DNA of 63,239 nt, counting the filler, from Octopus bimaculoides (lineage: Eukaryota): the NCBI RefSeq assembly GCF_001194135.2. It is 9 parts of 7 records of this genome, joined end to end, with 100 filler letters (N's around TTAATTAATTAA, not from the genome) between each part and the next. Parts side by side here need not be neighbours in the genome. Positions count along the whole stretch, not along the records: positions 1 to 4,920 come from NC_068990.1; positions 5,021 to 10,475 come from NC_068983.1; positions 10,576 to 17,068 come from NC_068991.1; 6 more parts are not named here. The stretch is one strand, 5' to 3'. The notes below the pieces were generated by a model. The model did no database searches and was not told the origin of the DNA. It worked only from the letters and a program-made list of their open reading frames with translations. Of this stretch, positions 1 through 11,560 are shown piece after piece (the first letter of the stretch is position 1; each line of letters starts with the position of its first letter). Both the position numbers and the translations under genes were made by a program.

Positions 1-802
1 ATTTATATATATATATATATATGCACACACACACATATGTATAAATAAATATATGTATGTATGTATGTATGTACTGAAAAATGTGGCACAGGAGACAGCA
101 AATGAACATATGGAACAAAACAGGAAAGGAACACACCCAACAGATGCAGACATGCTCAATTCCTGATCAATTGTCAACCGAATATCATCACAATTTCAAC
201 ACCTTCCGACAATTCTTATTGTTCAATTTGGCAGTGTCATCAACATATGCTGCTGGAGCATGAGACAAGCTGACATGATAGATGACACAACAAGAAAACG
301 TGTACGTGAATGTGTTTGAGAGTATATGTGTGAGTTTATGTAAATGTATATGTGTGTGTGTGTGTAGGTATATTCATGGTATACGTGACTGGCTTATTTC
401 ACCTTTAAATATTTCTGCTTCAAGGTTGGCTCCTTTTATTTTGCCTTCTTTCAGTTATTCATATTCTTTTTACTTTGACCCTAGGCTACTGTTTGCTTTT
501 GTTTATTTGTTATTGCTTTGCTTTATTTTCTTCCTCTCTCCAATGCACATCAATCATTGACTCCTTGTGATAATCTTTTATATTCTCTCTTCAGTTTGAA
601 GTTTTGAGCAATTTCTCTGCGACTGAAAATTCCTTGTTCTGTTTGACTTGCAATTACCTATTGTATACTTGAAAAGTCATCCCTTCACTTCCTTACTCAT
701 GCAATCTCACTCCTTTACTCTCCTTCATTATTCCCAGTAAATCATACGCATCATTATTTCTTCTTTTCGATTCTTTCCCCACCTCTTTCATTTCACTCAC
801 TT

Positions 803-835
<33 letters not shown>

Positions 836-1445
836 NNNNNNNNNNNNNNNNNNNNNNNNNNNNNNNNNNNNNNNNNNNNNNNNNNNNNNNNNNNNNNNNN
901 NNNNNNNNNNNNNNNNNNNNNNNNNNNNNNNNNNNNNNNNNNNNNNNNNNNNNNNNNNNNNNNNNNNNNNNNNNNNNNNNNNNNNNNNNNNNNNNNNNNN
1001 NNNNNNNNNNNNNNNNNNNNNNNNNNNNNNNNNNNNNNNNNNNNNNNNNNNNNNNNNNNNNNNNNNNNNNNNNNNNNNNNNNNNNNNNNNNNNNNNNNNN
1101 NNNNNNNNNNNNNNNNNNNNNNNNNNNNNNNNNNNNNNNNNNNNNNNNNNNNNNNNNNNNNNNNNNNNNNNNNNNNNNNNNNNNNNNNNNNNNNNNNNNN
1201 NNNNNNNNNNNNNNNNNNNNNNNNNNNNNNNNNNNNNNNNNNNNNNNNNNNNNNNNNNNNNNNNNNNNNNNNNNNNNNNNNNNNNNNNNNNNNNNNNNNN
1301 NNNNNNNNNNNNNNNNNNNNNNNNNNNNNNNNNNNNNNNNNNNNNNNNNNNNNNNNNNNNNNNNNNNNNNNNNNNNNNNNNNNNNNNNNNNNNNNNNNNN
1401 NNNNNNNNNNNNNNNNNNNNNNNNNNNNNNNNNNNNNNNNNNNNN

Positions 1446-1478
<33 letters not shown>

Positions 1479-1863
1479 CATACATACATGCACACACATG
1501 TATGGAAGTCAACTTTTTTTTTTCAACCAAAATCTTTTTCCACCGCTTCTCTTCATATGCCAGTTGTTTTTCTATTCATACTTTGATATCACTCATGCAC
1601 CTCTTATTTGTTTCCTCTATATGCCATTGCTATTCTATCAAGGCACCTCTCTCAGCTTAAAAGTAAAGCACTTGACCAGTAATCACAGAGATGTAAGTTC
1701 GAGTCTCATGGCTGGCTGCTGACATATTTTCCTGCAATATAAGGATATTATCCTATTCACGCTGTTCATCTGTTCAAGCATTATTCTACACTTGAGAGTA
1801 AATTATCTCCATACCTGTATATCTCAATACATCTCAACACTTCCTACAAAGCAAACTTCGTTT

Positions 1864-1908
<45 letters not shown>

Positions 1909-2151
1909 CACACACACATACACACATATATGTATGCAAGTCAACTTATATTTCAACCAAAATCTGTTTCCTCTACTTCTCTTCATATGCCATACTTTAA
2001 TATCATGCAAGTAGCTCTTTCATTTGTTTCCTCTGTATGCCTTTGCTATTTTATCAAGTCACCTCTCTTATTCTTTTTCTCTACCTTGGCATGTTTCCAT
2101 GGAAGATTGTAAACAAATGATACCATTTGTATAACAATGCAATTTGTTTAG

Positions 2152-2415
2152 GTAGAGGCATGTGGCTTAGGGGTTAGGGTGTTGGACTCACATTCATACG
2201 ATTGTGGTTTCAATTCCTGTGCCGGATGATGCATTGTGTTCTTGTGCAAATCATTTACTTTCATGCTACTCAGTCCACTCAACTGACAAAAGTAAGTAAT
2301 CCTGTGATGGACTAGATTCCCATCCAGGTGGGAATATATATGCCACGGAAATGAGGAAACCAATCTTATGATGATTCTATATGATTGGGAAGGAGCAGTT
2401 TCCTTTATTTTATTT
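2152..2415 (+). mobile_element. Old SINE with a central GATGGACTAG...CCCATCCAGG domain (Meta/V-SINE-like)
   Basis: Head TGTGGCTTAGGGGTTAGGG...GGTTTCAATTCC; central CTGTGATGGACTAGATTCCCATCCAGG; a related decayed copy at 59775-59965 (-). The superfamily assignment is from recall. Confidence 0.55.
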
Positions 2416-3029
2416 ATTTGTTTAGACTGAGTGCACAATACAAAAACAAGGGGACAAGAACACACACATATGCTATATGCTTCTTTAAGTTGCCATCTGC
2501 CAAATTCACTCACAAGACATTGGTAGGTCAGTAGCAATATTAGAGGACACTTCTAATAGAAATAGTAACACTACCAATAATAATAGTAAAATAAATATCA
2601 GTTATTTCCAGCAACAACAATTTTCCTACTCATTCTTTGATATCATGCACATATATTTTGCATTGTCTCCAGATGTCACACCGTGGGACCAATCCTGAAC
2701 TATGTGGTTGCAATACAAACTCCTTAACTAAACAGCCATGCATACATGCATGTTTGTAGGTAGGTTGTTAGGTATAATAGAGAGGGAGAGAGAAAAGAGG
2801 AGAGCGAGGAAAGCCATATAGGAAGAGCATGGTTAGTTGCTGGTAAAGCTACATTGCAAATAGGGTAGAGTTTCTGTTGTGTTGGAAAACTTAGTTACAG
2901 CTGATTGATGAAGAAATGGAAGTTATGGAGCAGAAAGTTAAGAGTAAAGATTTAGAATGGGACAGGCAAAGTAAAAAAGGGTGAAAGAAAACAAGGTGTA
3001 GCTGTAAGTATTATTAGGAATATAAATAA

Positions 3030-3216
3030 GGCAGTGACCTGGCAGAATCATTAGCACGCTTGATAGAATACTTAGCGGTATTTTGCTCATGGCTACGTTC
3101 TGAGTTCAAATTCCGCTGGAGTCAACTTTGTCTTTCGTCCTTTCAGGGTCGATAAAATAAGTACCAGTTGTGTACTGGGGTTGATGTAATCGACTTGTCC
3201 TTTGCCCCCAAATTTC
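3030..3216 (+). mobile_element. SINE family B
   Basis: TGGCAGAATC.TTAGCACG A box; GTTCTGAGTTCAAATTCCG B box; core GGTCGATAAA.TAAGTACCAGT...CTGGGGT.GAT. Confidence 0.85.
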
Positions 3217-3225
3217 AATACATTA

Positions 3226-3290
3226 CAGCAGTGGTAGTAGAAGTTGTAATAGTAGTAGTAGTAGTAATAGTAGTAGCAGTAGCAGCAGAT

Positions 3291-3321
<31 letters not shown>

Positions 3322-3338
3322 CTGTGGTAGCAGAAGTT

Positions 3339-3369
<31 letters not shown>

Positions 3370-3379
3370 CAGCAGCAGC

Positions 3380-3418
<39 letters not shown>

Positions 3419-3422
3419 TGTT
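3226..3422. repeat. (GTA/GCA)n trinucleotide microsatellite
   Basis: Direct reading. Confidence 0.95.
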
Positions 3423-4603
3423 ATGAGTGTTGATATTAGTCAGCCTCTACTGGTGTTTTGTAGTATTGTTCTTCTTGTTGTAGTTAATATAGTACAACAA
3501 TCAATGCTCCAATATTGTTTGCAGTGTTATTCCTGTTGAGGTGCTTTCACTACAACTATTCTTCCTCATGATTGTTGCTGTTGTTGTCGTTGTTATTGTT
3601 GCTATTATTGTCTATTAATTTTTTTCTTTTTTTTTTCTTTTGACGAACTATTAAAAATATCTCTTTCTTTTTATTTTCCATCCCCTCCTCCTCCTCCCCT
3701 TCCTCTTATTCTTCCTCCAAGAGATGTCCCACATTTCAAAAATAAAAACAAAACATAAAAATAAAAAAATAATGGAAACATAAAAAAAAACAGAAAAAAA
3801 AAATCAATGATAAACAACTACAAAGGAAACAACACCAATAACAATAACAACAAAGTAACAAAGAAGCAAACCATATAAACAAATGCAAAACAACACACAA
3901 AAAAATAATAAACACACAAACATACAAGCATCACTTGTACGATGTTGAATACATTAAATGTGCAATGTATAAGTATAATTGAGAAATTCTGCAGAAGGTT
4001 AAGGAGGTGTAAAATACATGCAGGTAATGGAGACAGATGTACTTTCTTCCATGACAATCTATTATATAGTTTTATTATTTTATTATTTTATTATTTTAGA
4101 CGGTATTTATTTTACTATTACCTTTTTTTTGTTTTTATATTTTAACAGTATTCTAAGGCTATTTATTTTCCTTTTTTTTAAATATTTTTTGTATTTTGTA
4201 CTTTATTTTATTATTTTTATTTTATCATTTTTTTTCAATTTCAAGCTGACACCATTGTTGTTCAAAAAAAACAAAACAAACAAAGCAACAAAGCAAAAAA
4301 AAAAATACCCTAAATCCTGTAATGACCCACGACCCTATCCCATGTGGCAGTTGAAATCACACCAAAAAACACCATCGACTGGCTCTGTCACACTTCAAGC
4401 ACTACCCCCACAACCTTTCCACCTCCCACCCCCATCGCATCACTGACACCCCTTGCTATAGAATTGGTTTGTTAAGATACGCACTGTCGACAAAATGCAT
4501 TTGTGTTTGGTGTGCATGTCTAATGACGATGAACATATGTGTTTGCACCTATATATATGTGTGTGAGAGTGAACAATATATGTATATACATATGTACATA
4601 CAT

Positions 4604-4717
<114 letters not shown>

Positions 4718-4880
4718 GAACATATATATGCATGTATGTAGACATAGATATGTATTACACACACAGACACATTCATATATACACATATACAAGTGTATAT
4801 ATGTATGTAATATAATTATTTCCTTGTTTATTCACAAACATGCAAACATGCATCAATATCAGCTTACTTAAGTATATTCA

Positions 4881-4920
<40 letters not shown>

Positions 4921-5020
4921 NNNNNNNNNNNNNNNNNNNNNNNNNNNNNNNNNNNNNNNNNNNNTTAATTAATTAANNNNNNNNNNNNNNNNNNNNNNNN
5001 NNNNNNNNNNNNNNNNNNNN
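4921..5020. other. Artificial scaffold-joining linker (44 N + TTAATTAATTAA + 44 N)
   Basis: TTAATTAATTAA at 4965-4976 with exactly 44 N each side; the 12-mer gives stops in all six frames; the same 100-bp cassette occurs 8 times. Confidence 0.97.
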
Positions 5021-5373
5021 CTAGAGTGTCTGCCGGAGCGGTAGGTGACTAGGTGACTGGCAGGTTTCTTGAAGTTGGTATTGCAGACCATAAGATTGGT
5101 TGCATCACAGAACTCCAGCAGTCTGGTTCCCTCCTCGTTGCGGGAACCGAAGCCATAGCCTCCATGTATGCCATGGAAGCCTCCAGCACGACGTCCGACA
5201 TGACCGTTGAAGTCTCCAGCCACAAAGAGAAGGTCCCTGTCACTCGTCAACGAGGTAGTTTGCAAGAGGGTGTCATAGAATTGGTCTTTCAGACCATCTG
5301 GTAGCCCCGGTTGAGGTGCATAGGCTGAGATGACAGTAGCTAATCTATGATGAAGTACTAGTCTGATCTTAAG
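5021..5373 (-). mobile_element. RTE-clade LINE fragment, AP-endonuclease domain
   Basis: Uninterrupted frame LKIRLVLHHRLATVISAYAPQPG...FVAGDFNGHVG...HGGYGFGSRNEEGTRLLEFCDATNLMVCNTNFKKPASHLVTYRSG; SAYAPQ, GDFN.HVG, G.RNEEG and NT.F.K...HL.TY.SG are RTE APE motifs; cut by the scaffold end. Confidence 0.9.
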
Positions 5374-5932
5374 TATGTATATATTTGTATATATATATGT
5401 GTGTGTGTATGTGTGTATGTATGTACATATATAGATACACATGCACACACACACACACACACACATATATATTTGTTCCCTGTCAGGCTCTGCTTACATC
5501 CTCCCCCTCTCACCTTGTATGCTCACACTAACTCCCCACTCCTCTCTGGCTCCCCTCTGTTCATCACTCAACCCCACCCCCGTCTTATTTATTCTAACTC
5601 TCCTTCTTTATAACAGACCATCACTCTCCTCTAAGTTACCTCTGTTGCCACCCAACACCAGCCCTTACCTTTACCTCACTGCCTGCCCTTATACCTCTTG
5701 GGTACCCTCTAGCCTTTCTTTCTCTCACTACATTCAATTACGGCTCCCCTTATCCTTCTCTTCTCTTCCCTTAATTATGAATGTCCCTTTAGAGCCATAA
5801 CCTTGCAAGTTGCTGGTACCATGAAAAAGTACCCAGCACATTCTGTGTATATGCATGTATATATATTTGTATATATGTATATATATATGTGCATGTGTAC
5901 ATGTGTATATTTATATATAATATATACATATA

Positions 5933-6092
5933 GGCACAAGAGTGGCTGTGTGGTAATTAGCTTGCTTACCAGCCACATGGTTCCATGTTCAGTCCCATTG
6001 CATGGCACCTTGGGCAAGTGGCCTCTACTATAGCCTCGGGCTGACCAAAGCCTTGTGAGTGGATTTGGTAGATGGAAACAGAAAGTCCATCG

Positions 6093-6143
<51 letters not shown>

Positions 6144-6381
6144 ATGTATGTATGTATGTATGTATGTGTGTGTGTTTGTGTGTCTTTGTTTGTACCCCCA
6201 ACAACGCTTGACAACTGATGTTGGTGTGTTTACATCCCCGTAACTTAGCAGTTCGGCAAAAGGAACTGATAGAATAAGTGCTAGGCTTACAAAGAATAAG
6301 TCCTGGAGATTTGCTTAACTAAAGGTGGTGCTCCAGTATGGCTGCAGTCAAATGACTGAAACAAATAAAAGAATAAAAGAA
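5933..6381 (+). mobile_element. SINE family A (tRNA-derived head, internal microsatellite), full length
   Basis: A box TGGCTGTGTGG; B-box-like GTTCAGTCCC; body CTTGGGCAAGT...GGATTTGGTAGA; internal (TA)n(TATG)n; tail CAGTCAAATGACTGAAACAA..AAAAGA; homologous to many copies in the window. Confidence 0.9.
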
Positions 6382-6411
6382 TATATACACACACACACAC
6401 ACACATATGTA

Positions 6412-6603
6412 TTTCTTTATTGCCCACAGGGAGCTAAACACAGAGGGGACAAACAAGGACAGACAAAGGGATTAAGTCGATTACATCGACCCCAGTACAT
6501 AACTGGTACTTATTTAATCGACCAGGAAAGGATGAAAGGTAAAGTCGACCTCGGTGGAATTTGAACTCAGAACGCAACGGCAGACGAAATACCACTAAGC
6601 ATT
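6412..6603 (-). mobile_element. SINE family B, subfamily with CCCTCTGTGTTTAG...AATAAAGAAA tail
   Basis: Reverse complement of the family B core; lies tail-to-tail with the SINE A copy at 5933. Confidence 0.85.
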
Positions 6604-6663
6604 TGTTGAGATCATGCCAAGGCTGACACTGGAGCTTGGTGCAGCCCTGCAGCTCACTGGACT

Positions 6664-6694
<31 letters not shown>

Positions 6695-6700
6695 GTTTAG

Positions 6701-6756
6701 AAATAACATACATGTCCTGACATGTATTGAAACTGGACATGGCTTCCCAGTGGACT
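6701..6756 (+). CDS. Candidate internal coding exon
   Basis: Poly-T + GTTTAG acceptor and GTAAGC donor; single open frame xNNIHVLTCIETGHGFPVDx. Confidence 0.3.
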
Positions 6757-8338
6757 GTAAGCAAACAATATCATCAGGAAGCCATTGTTTACAATTAGTG
6801 GTCACCTTGATATTCCTGTGGATGGAATTTGCTGTGCTGAAGGTTCATCATCATTCTCACTCTCTCTCTCTCTCTCAAACACACACATGCATGCACACAC
6901 ACACACACACACACACGTCTTATTACATCATGTTAAGACAGTTCCAATTGTAACAAACAATTGCAACTTTCAGTAGGTTTGCAACGGACACTTCTGATTG
7001 GCTAAAATTATATAAATTTAGAGGCTTGTAACTGTTTTTATTACTGGTTTCATGAGAAAATGGATATTATTTCTGTCATCAGCATGCAAAAACTATATCA
7101 GCGTAGAAAATTTGAGAAAATTCTGGTGGTTAGAAAAAATTTAAAAAGGTGCAATAATTTTGAAAATAATGGAGAAATTAGGAAAATAACTCATTATTAA
7201 GTTAGTGTTAGGTGTAAATTAACAGGAAATTTTGATGGATGGTTTTAATTTAGATCACTTTAAAACAGGAAGTTTGTATCAAAGAACCTGAGGCAGTCTG
7301 TAACAGGTTGGTATCAAAAGGGTCAATTAACACTGGTGTTTTTTTATGTTTTATGCTAAAACCATTTCTATGAGTGTCTGTATATACAAAAATTTTTAAA
7401 AAAATGAAAACAAAAAATCACATACATACACACATTCATACACATGCACACACACACACACACATAATGCTTACTACTATAAACACATACAGGCAGCACC
7501 TCTGCTATGACAACTACATCTCAGACATAAATAATCTTCTACCATTGCCACCACCACAGCCGCAATAATGCAAAGATGATGGTAATATGAATTTAAGGTC
7601 AGCTACACAAAAAAAATAAGACAGTGTGACCTGCTACTTACCCAGACGGCAATAAACAACAACAACAACAACAACTATAACAGCAACAAAATTGTGTGTG
7701 TGTGTGTTTGTGTATATGCAAATACAACAAAAAAACAAAACAAGTACATATACACAGGCACTAGCCCTAACCTTCCTATAAATNNNNNNNNNNNNNNNNN
7801 NNNNNNNNNNNNNNNNNNNNNNNNNNNNNNNNNNNNNNNNNNNNNNNNNNNNNNNNNNNNNNNNNNNNNNNNNNNNNNNNNNNNNNNNNNNNNNNNNNNN
7901 NNNNNNNNNNNNNNNNNNNNNNNNNNNNNNNNNNNNNNNNNNNNNNNNNNNNNNNNNNNNNNNNNNNNNNNNNNNNNNNNNNNNNNNNNNNNNNNNNNNN
8001 NNNNNNNNNNNNNNNNNNNNNNNNNNNNNNNNNNNNNNNNNNNNNNNNNNNNNNNNNNNNNNNNNNNNNNNNNNNNNNNNNNNNNNNNNNNNNNNNNNNN
8101 NNNNNNNNNNNNNNNNNNNNNNNNNNNNNNNNNNNNNNNNNNNNNNNNNNNNNNNNNNNNNNNNNNNNNNNNNNNNNNNNNNNNNNNNNNNNNNNNNNNN
8201 NNNNNNNNNNNNNNNNNNNNNNNNNNNNNNNNNNNNNNNNNNNNNNNNNNNNNNNNNNNNNNNNNNNNNNNNNNNNNNNNNNNNNNNNNNNNNNNNNNNN
8301 NNNNNNNNNNNNNNNNNNNNNNNNNNNNNNNNNNNNNN

Positions 8339-8666
8339 TAAAAGAGTTAGATCCTTTTGATTCAATACTTCAACACATTGTTGACCTTTGGCCTCCTCAA
8401 TAGGGATGCTATGATTCGTTATAAAAATGTTATATTCAATAGGATGTTTAATTTTTTTCAACCTTATGTTTATTAATCTTTTCAGTTTTGAATGAAAATA
8501 TTATTAGATTCAAAACGAGGTTTCATCATTTCATTTTTTTTTTTGTTTTGTTAAGGGTTAAAAATTTTTTTTAGTTGAGAGAGATAACCAAAAGTACTAA
8601 TATTTCTCATAAAATGTGAGGAGATAACCCAATATTTTAATGGAAGTGAGATAACCAAAAAGTACC
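8339..8666. mobile_element. Right part of a second copy of the same TIR element; left part lies in the N gap
   Basis: 8339-8396 matches 9079-9136 and 8560-8666 matches 9590-9699, including the GAGATAACC subrepeats and the terminal AAAAAGTACC. Confidence 0.75.
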
Positions 8667-8976
8667 CAACAACTTAAACTGCAGTGCTCACATCGTGGAT
8701 CCTTAGAATGTCTTACTCAGGAGTGCCTGATACCCATGATTCCCTACATTTACTTTGTTTCACTTTAATCCTTTCAACCCAGAATTTTTTCTCAAGAATA
8801 TTTTCGCAAGTCAGTAATGGCAGTGGGGTTTGTATGCATGCGAGCCTTTTGAGTTGTCATTATAGTTATGTACACTTCAATCATACATTTGGTGCTACAT
8901 ACTTACCAGAAAAACCGGAGCGGTACAATAATGCATCACATAAAATGGGAATTTTAAAGATTTAGGTTGTAAAATT

Positions 8977-9700
8977 GGTATTTTTTGGTTATCTCACCCC
9001 CATTAAAAAATTGCCATTAAAAAATTGGGTTATCTCTTCACTAAAAAGTTGAGTTTATGTGCTAACAAGAGATTGGATTAAAAGAGTCAGATCCTCTTGA
9101 TTCAGTACTTCAACACATTGTTGACGTTTGGCCTCATGGCTGTGTGGTAAGTAGCTTGATTACCAACCACATGGGTCCGGGTTCATTCCTACTGCGTGGC
9201 ACCTTGGGCAAGTGCCTTCTACTATAGCCTCGGGCTGACCAAAGCCTTGTGAGTGGATTTGGTAGACGGAAACTGAAAGAAGTCTGTCGTATATATGTAT
9301 GTTTGTGTGTCTGTGTTTGTCCCCCCAACATCGCTTGACAACCGATGGTGGTGTGTTTACATCCCCGTAAGTTAGTGGTTTGGCAAAAGAGACCGATAGA
9401 ATAAGTACTAGGCTTACAAAGAATAAGTCCTGGGGTCAATTTGCTCGACTAAAGGCGGTGCTCCAGCATGGCTGCAGTCAAATGACTGAAACAAGTAAAA
9501 GAGTAAAAGAGATTTAATAAGACGATTAATTTTTTTTGGGTTTTCCTGTTTATTGATTAAAAAGAATTTCTTTTTTGTTTTATTGAGGGTTAAATAATTT
9601 TTTTAGGTTGGGGAGATAACCAAAAGTACTAATATTTTTCATAAAACAGGGTGAAGATAACCCAAATTTTTTAATGGGGGTGAGATAACCAAAAAGTACA
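8977..9700. mobile_element. Non-autonomous TIR element (GGTAY TTTTTGGTTATCTC ends, about 50-bp TIR) carrying a nested SINE
   Basis: Left end GGTATTTTTTGGTTATCTCACCCCCATTAAAAAATTG is the reverse complement of the right end ...AATTTTTTAATGGGGGTGAGATAACCAAAAAGTAC; flanks GTAAAATT (8969-8976) and GAAAAATT (9701-9708) match 7/8. Confidence 0.75.
9137..9511 (+). mobile_element. SINE family A, nested in the TIR element
   Basis: Near-identical to the 25570 and 42545 copies; short internal microsatellite. Confidence 0.9.
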
Positions 9701-9811
9701 GAAAAATTTTTGACTGGTACAAATATGTACCAGCCAGGCCGAAATGGTTAAATTCTGCTGCCCACTGTCTTTTTATACCAAAGACAACATGAGAATTGAC
9801 ACCCTCTAGAG

Positions 9812-9890
9812 CAGTGCTCCACAACCGGGGTGCCACAGCACACTGGTGTGCCATGAGATGATGCTAGGTGTGCTGCAGTGTAACCTGAAT
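9812..9890 (+). mobile_element. Left end of a hAT (Charlie-type) element
   Basis: CAGTGCTCCACAACCGGGGTGCCACAGCACACTGGTGTGCCATGAGA directly after the 8-bp palindrome CTCTAGAG (9804-9811), which fits the NTCTAGAN target preference of this group; right end not seen. Confidence 0.55.
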
Positions 9891-10178
9891 ATAATTTTTT
9901 CCCCTACACTCTTAGTAATATTTTTAATTCCAGTGTGGAGCCACCAGGGCTAGTATGCTGGAAGGCTGCACCAGACTCTAGTCTGGTTTGGCATGGTTTC
10001 TACGGCTGGATACCCTTCCTAACACCAACCACTCTGAGAGCGTAATTGGTGCTTTTATGTGACACCAGCACAGATTGTGACACTGATATCTGCTATGGCT
10101 ACAATTTTGCTGGCCTCATGAGACTTCTTCTCAAACACAACACAATGCCAAATGTCTCGGCCTTATTTATATTATAAA

Positions 10179-10223
<45 letters not shown>

Positions 10224-10279
10224 ACGCGCACACATGTATTCTTGCCTGGACATCATGTGGTGGTTGTAAAGGAGCATCA

Positions 10280-10475
10280 CCATCATACGGGTGTTGTGTC
10301 TAGTTTTCCATGGAAAACATGTCTGGCCATAAGGAAATATTACTTTGCTTGGAAACAGGTGAGGGTTAGCAACAAGAAGGGCATCAAACCATAGAAAATG
10401 TGCTCCAGTAAATTCTGTGTGTCCCATGCAAATATGGAAAACTGTTTGTTAAATGATGAAGACGATGATAATGAA
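10280..10475 (+). mobile_element. 3' end of an RTE-tail-type retroposon with a (GAT)n tail
   Basis: GGGTTAGCAACAAGAAGGGCATC...CCATGCAAATATGGAAA...TTAAATGATGAAGACGATGAT; an inverted related copy at 9940-10075 (TCTACGGCTGGATACCCTTCCTAACACCAACC). Confidence 0.55.
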
Positions 10476-10575
10476 NNNNNNNNNNNNNNNNNNNNNNNNN
10501 NNNNNNNNNNNNNNNNNNNTTAATTAATTAANNNNNNNNNNNNNNNNNNNNNNNNNNNNNNNNNNNNNNNNNNNN
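10476..10575. other. Artificial scaffold-joining linker
   Basis: Same cassette; 12-mer at 10520-10531. Confidence 0.97.
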
Positions 10576-11510
10576 ATTGTTTTAGCATTTTCTACCACGG
10601 TCAATCACGGAACCTCACAGATTCTGAATTAATCTGATCACCAAAGTCTCGAGCCCTCACCCAACAGTTGTTTTCCATTCTACAGGCGCATGCTCAGAGT
10701 CGGACTATTCCTCCCAACCATTTTTGCAACAATCACACATCTTTTCACATTTTCACTGTGAAGTAGCACTTCCCTCTCTAAATGGAACTTAAAAACGTCG
10801 ATGGGGGCTTGACGGCCGAGAAAGGTGTCTTAGACAAATTTCGCCTCTGCTGATATAGAAAATTTACAATTTACTGGCGTGGCAGACAGCTGGCAGGCTG
10901 AGTAAAATTTCACAATTAGTGAAGAAAGAAATATTGATTCAGAATACAAGTATGCGGTTGATAGTGGATGCTTACTGCTGATGACGTGCAAAGACACAGA
11001 AATCATGGTTTAGCAATTTCACCGCCGCTGCTGGGCGCCCTTCGTCTGCTACTGGCACACAAATGAGCTGTTTAGCTTTAAACGGTTATACAAGCTTTCA
11101 CCAGACGAATACTGCCGTTTTGCGATTTTCGATAGTACATCCACACTTAGATATGCAGAATGCTATTCTTAACTATTGTTTTTCAAGCGGTTGTGGTATC
11201 TCTGAATTATTGATCTTTTAAACCAATTTTCTTTTCCTACGCCAACATAGTACATTGTCGTTGATTTCAAAGATATTGATACATTCATTATTTCAGCGAG
11301 TGCAATTGAAGGTTACCTTTCACTGAAGAGATCACAATAATACCGAAACATGTTCAGAGGTTATCCTTTCTCTATCTATATTAGCAGCGGGTACAAAAGT
11401 AGTACTGTACTAAATTTCATCGATCATATTTCGATAACATAAGTTGAATACTTTTCACAAACAAAACAAATCACTTGGTTGAATAATAAAGAAGCGTCCG
11501 ATAAATTTTG

Positions 11511-11511
11511 C

Positions 11512-11560
<49 letters not shown>
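11511..11560. repeat. (AAC)n microsatellite
   Basis: Direct reading. Confidence 0.95.

Noticed and set aside
7100-7330. Possible piggyBac-like right end (...ATCAAAAGGG-TCAATTAA)
   Set aside because: Resemblance is from recall only; no left TIR or TTAA duplication in the window.
10576-11160. Non-repetitive, moderately GC-rich stretch with GCGCATGCTC (NRF1-like) as a possible promoter or enhancer
   Set aside because: A single imperfect motif with no associated exon or TSS evidence.
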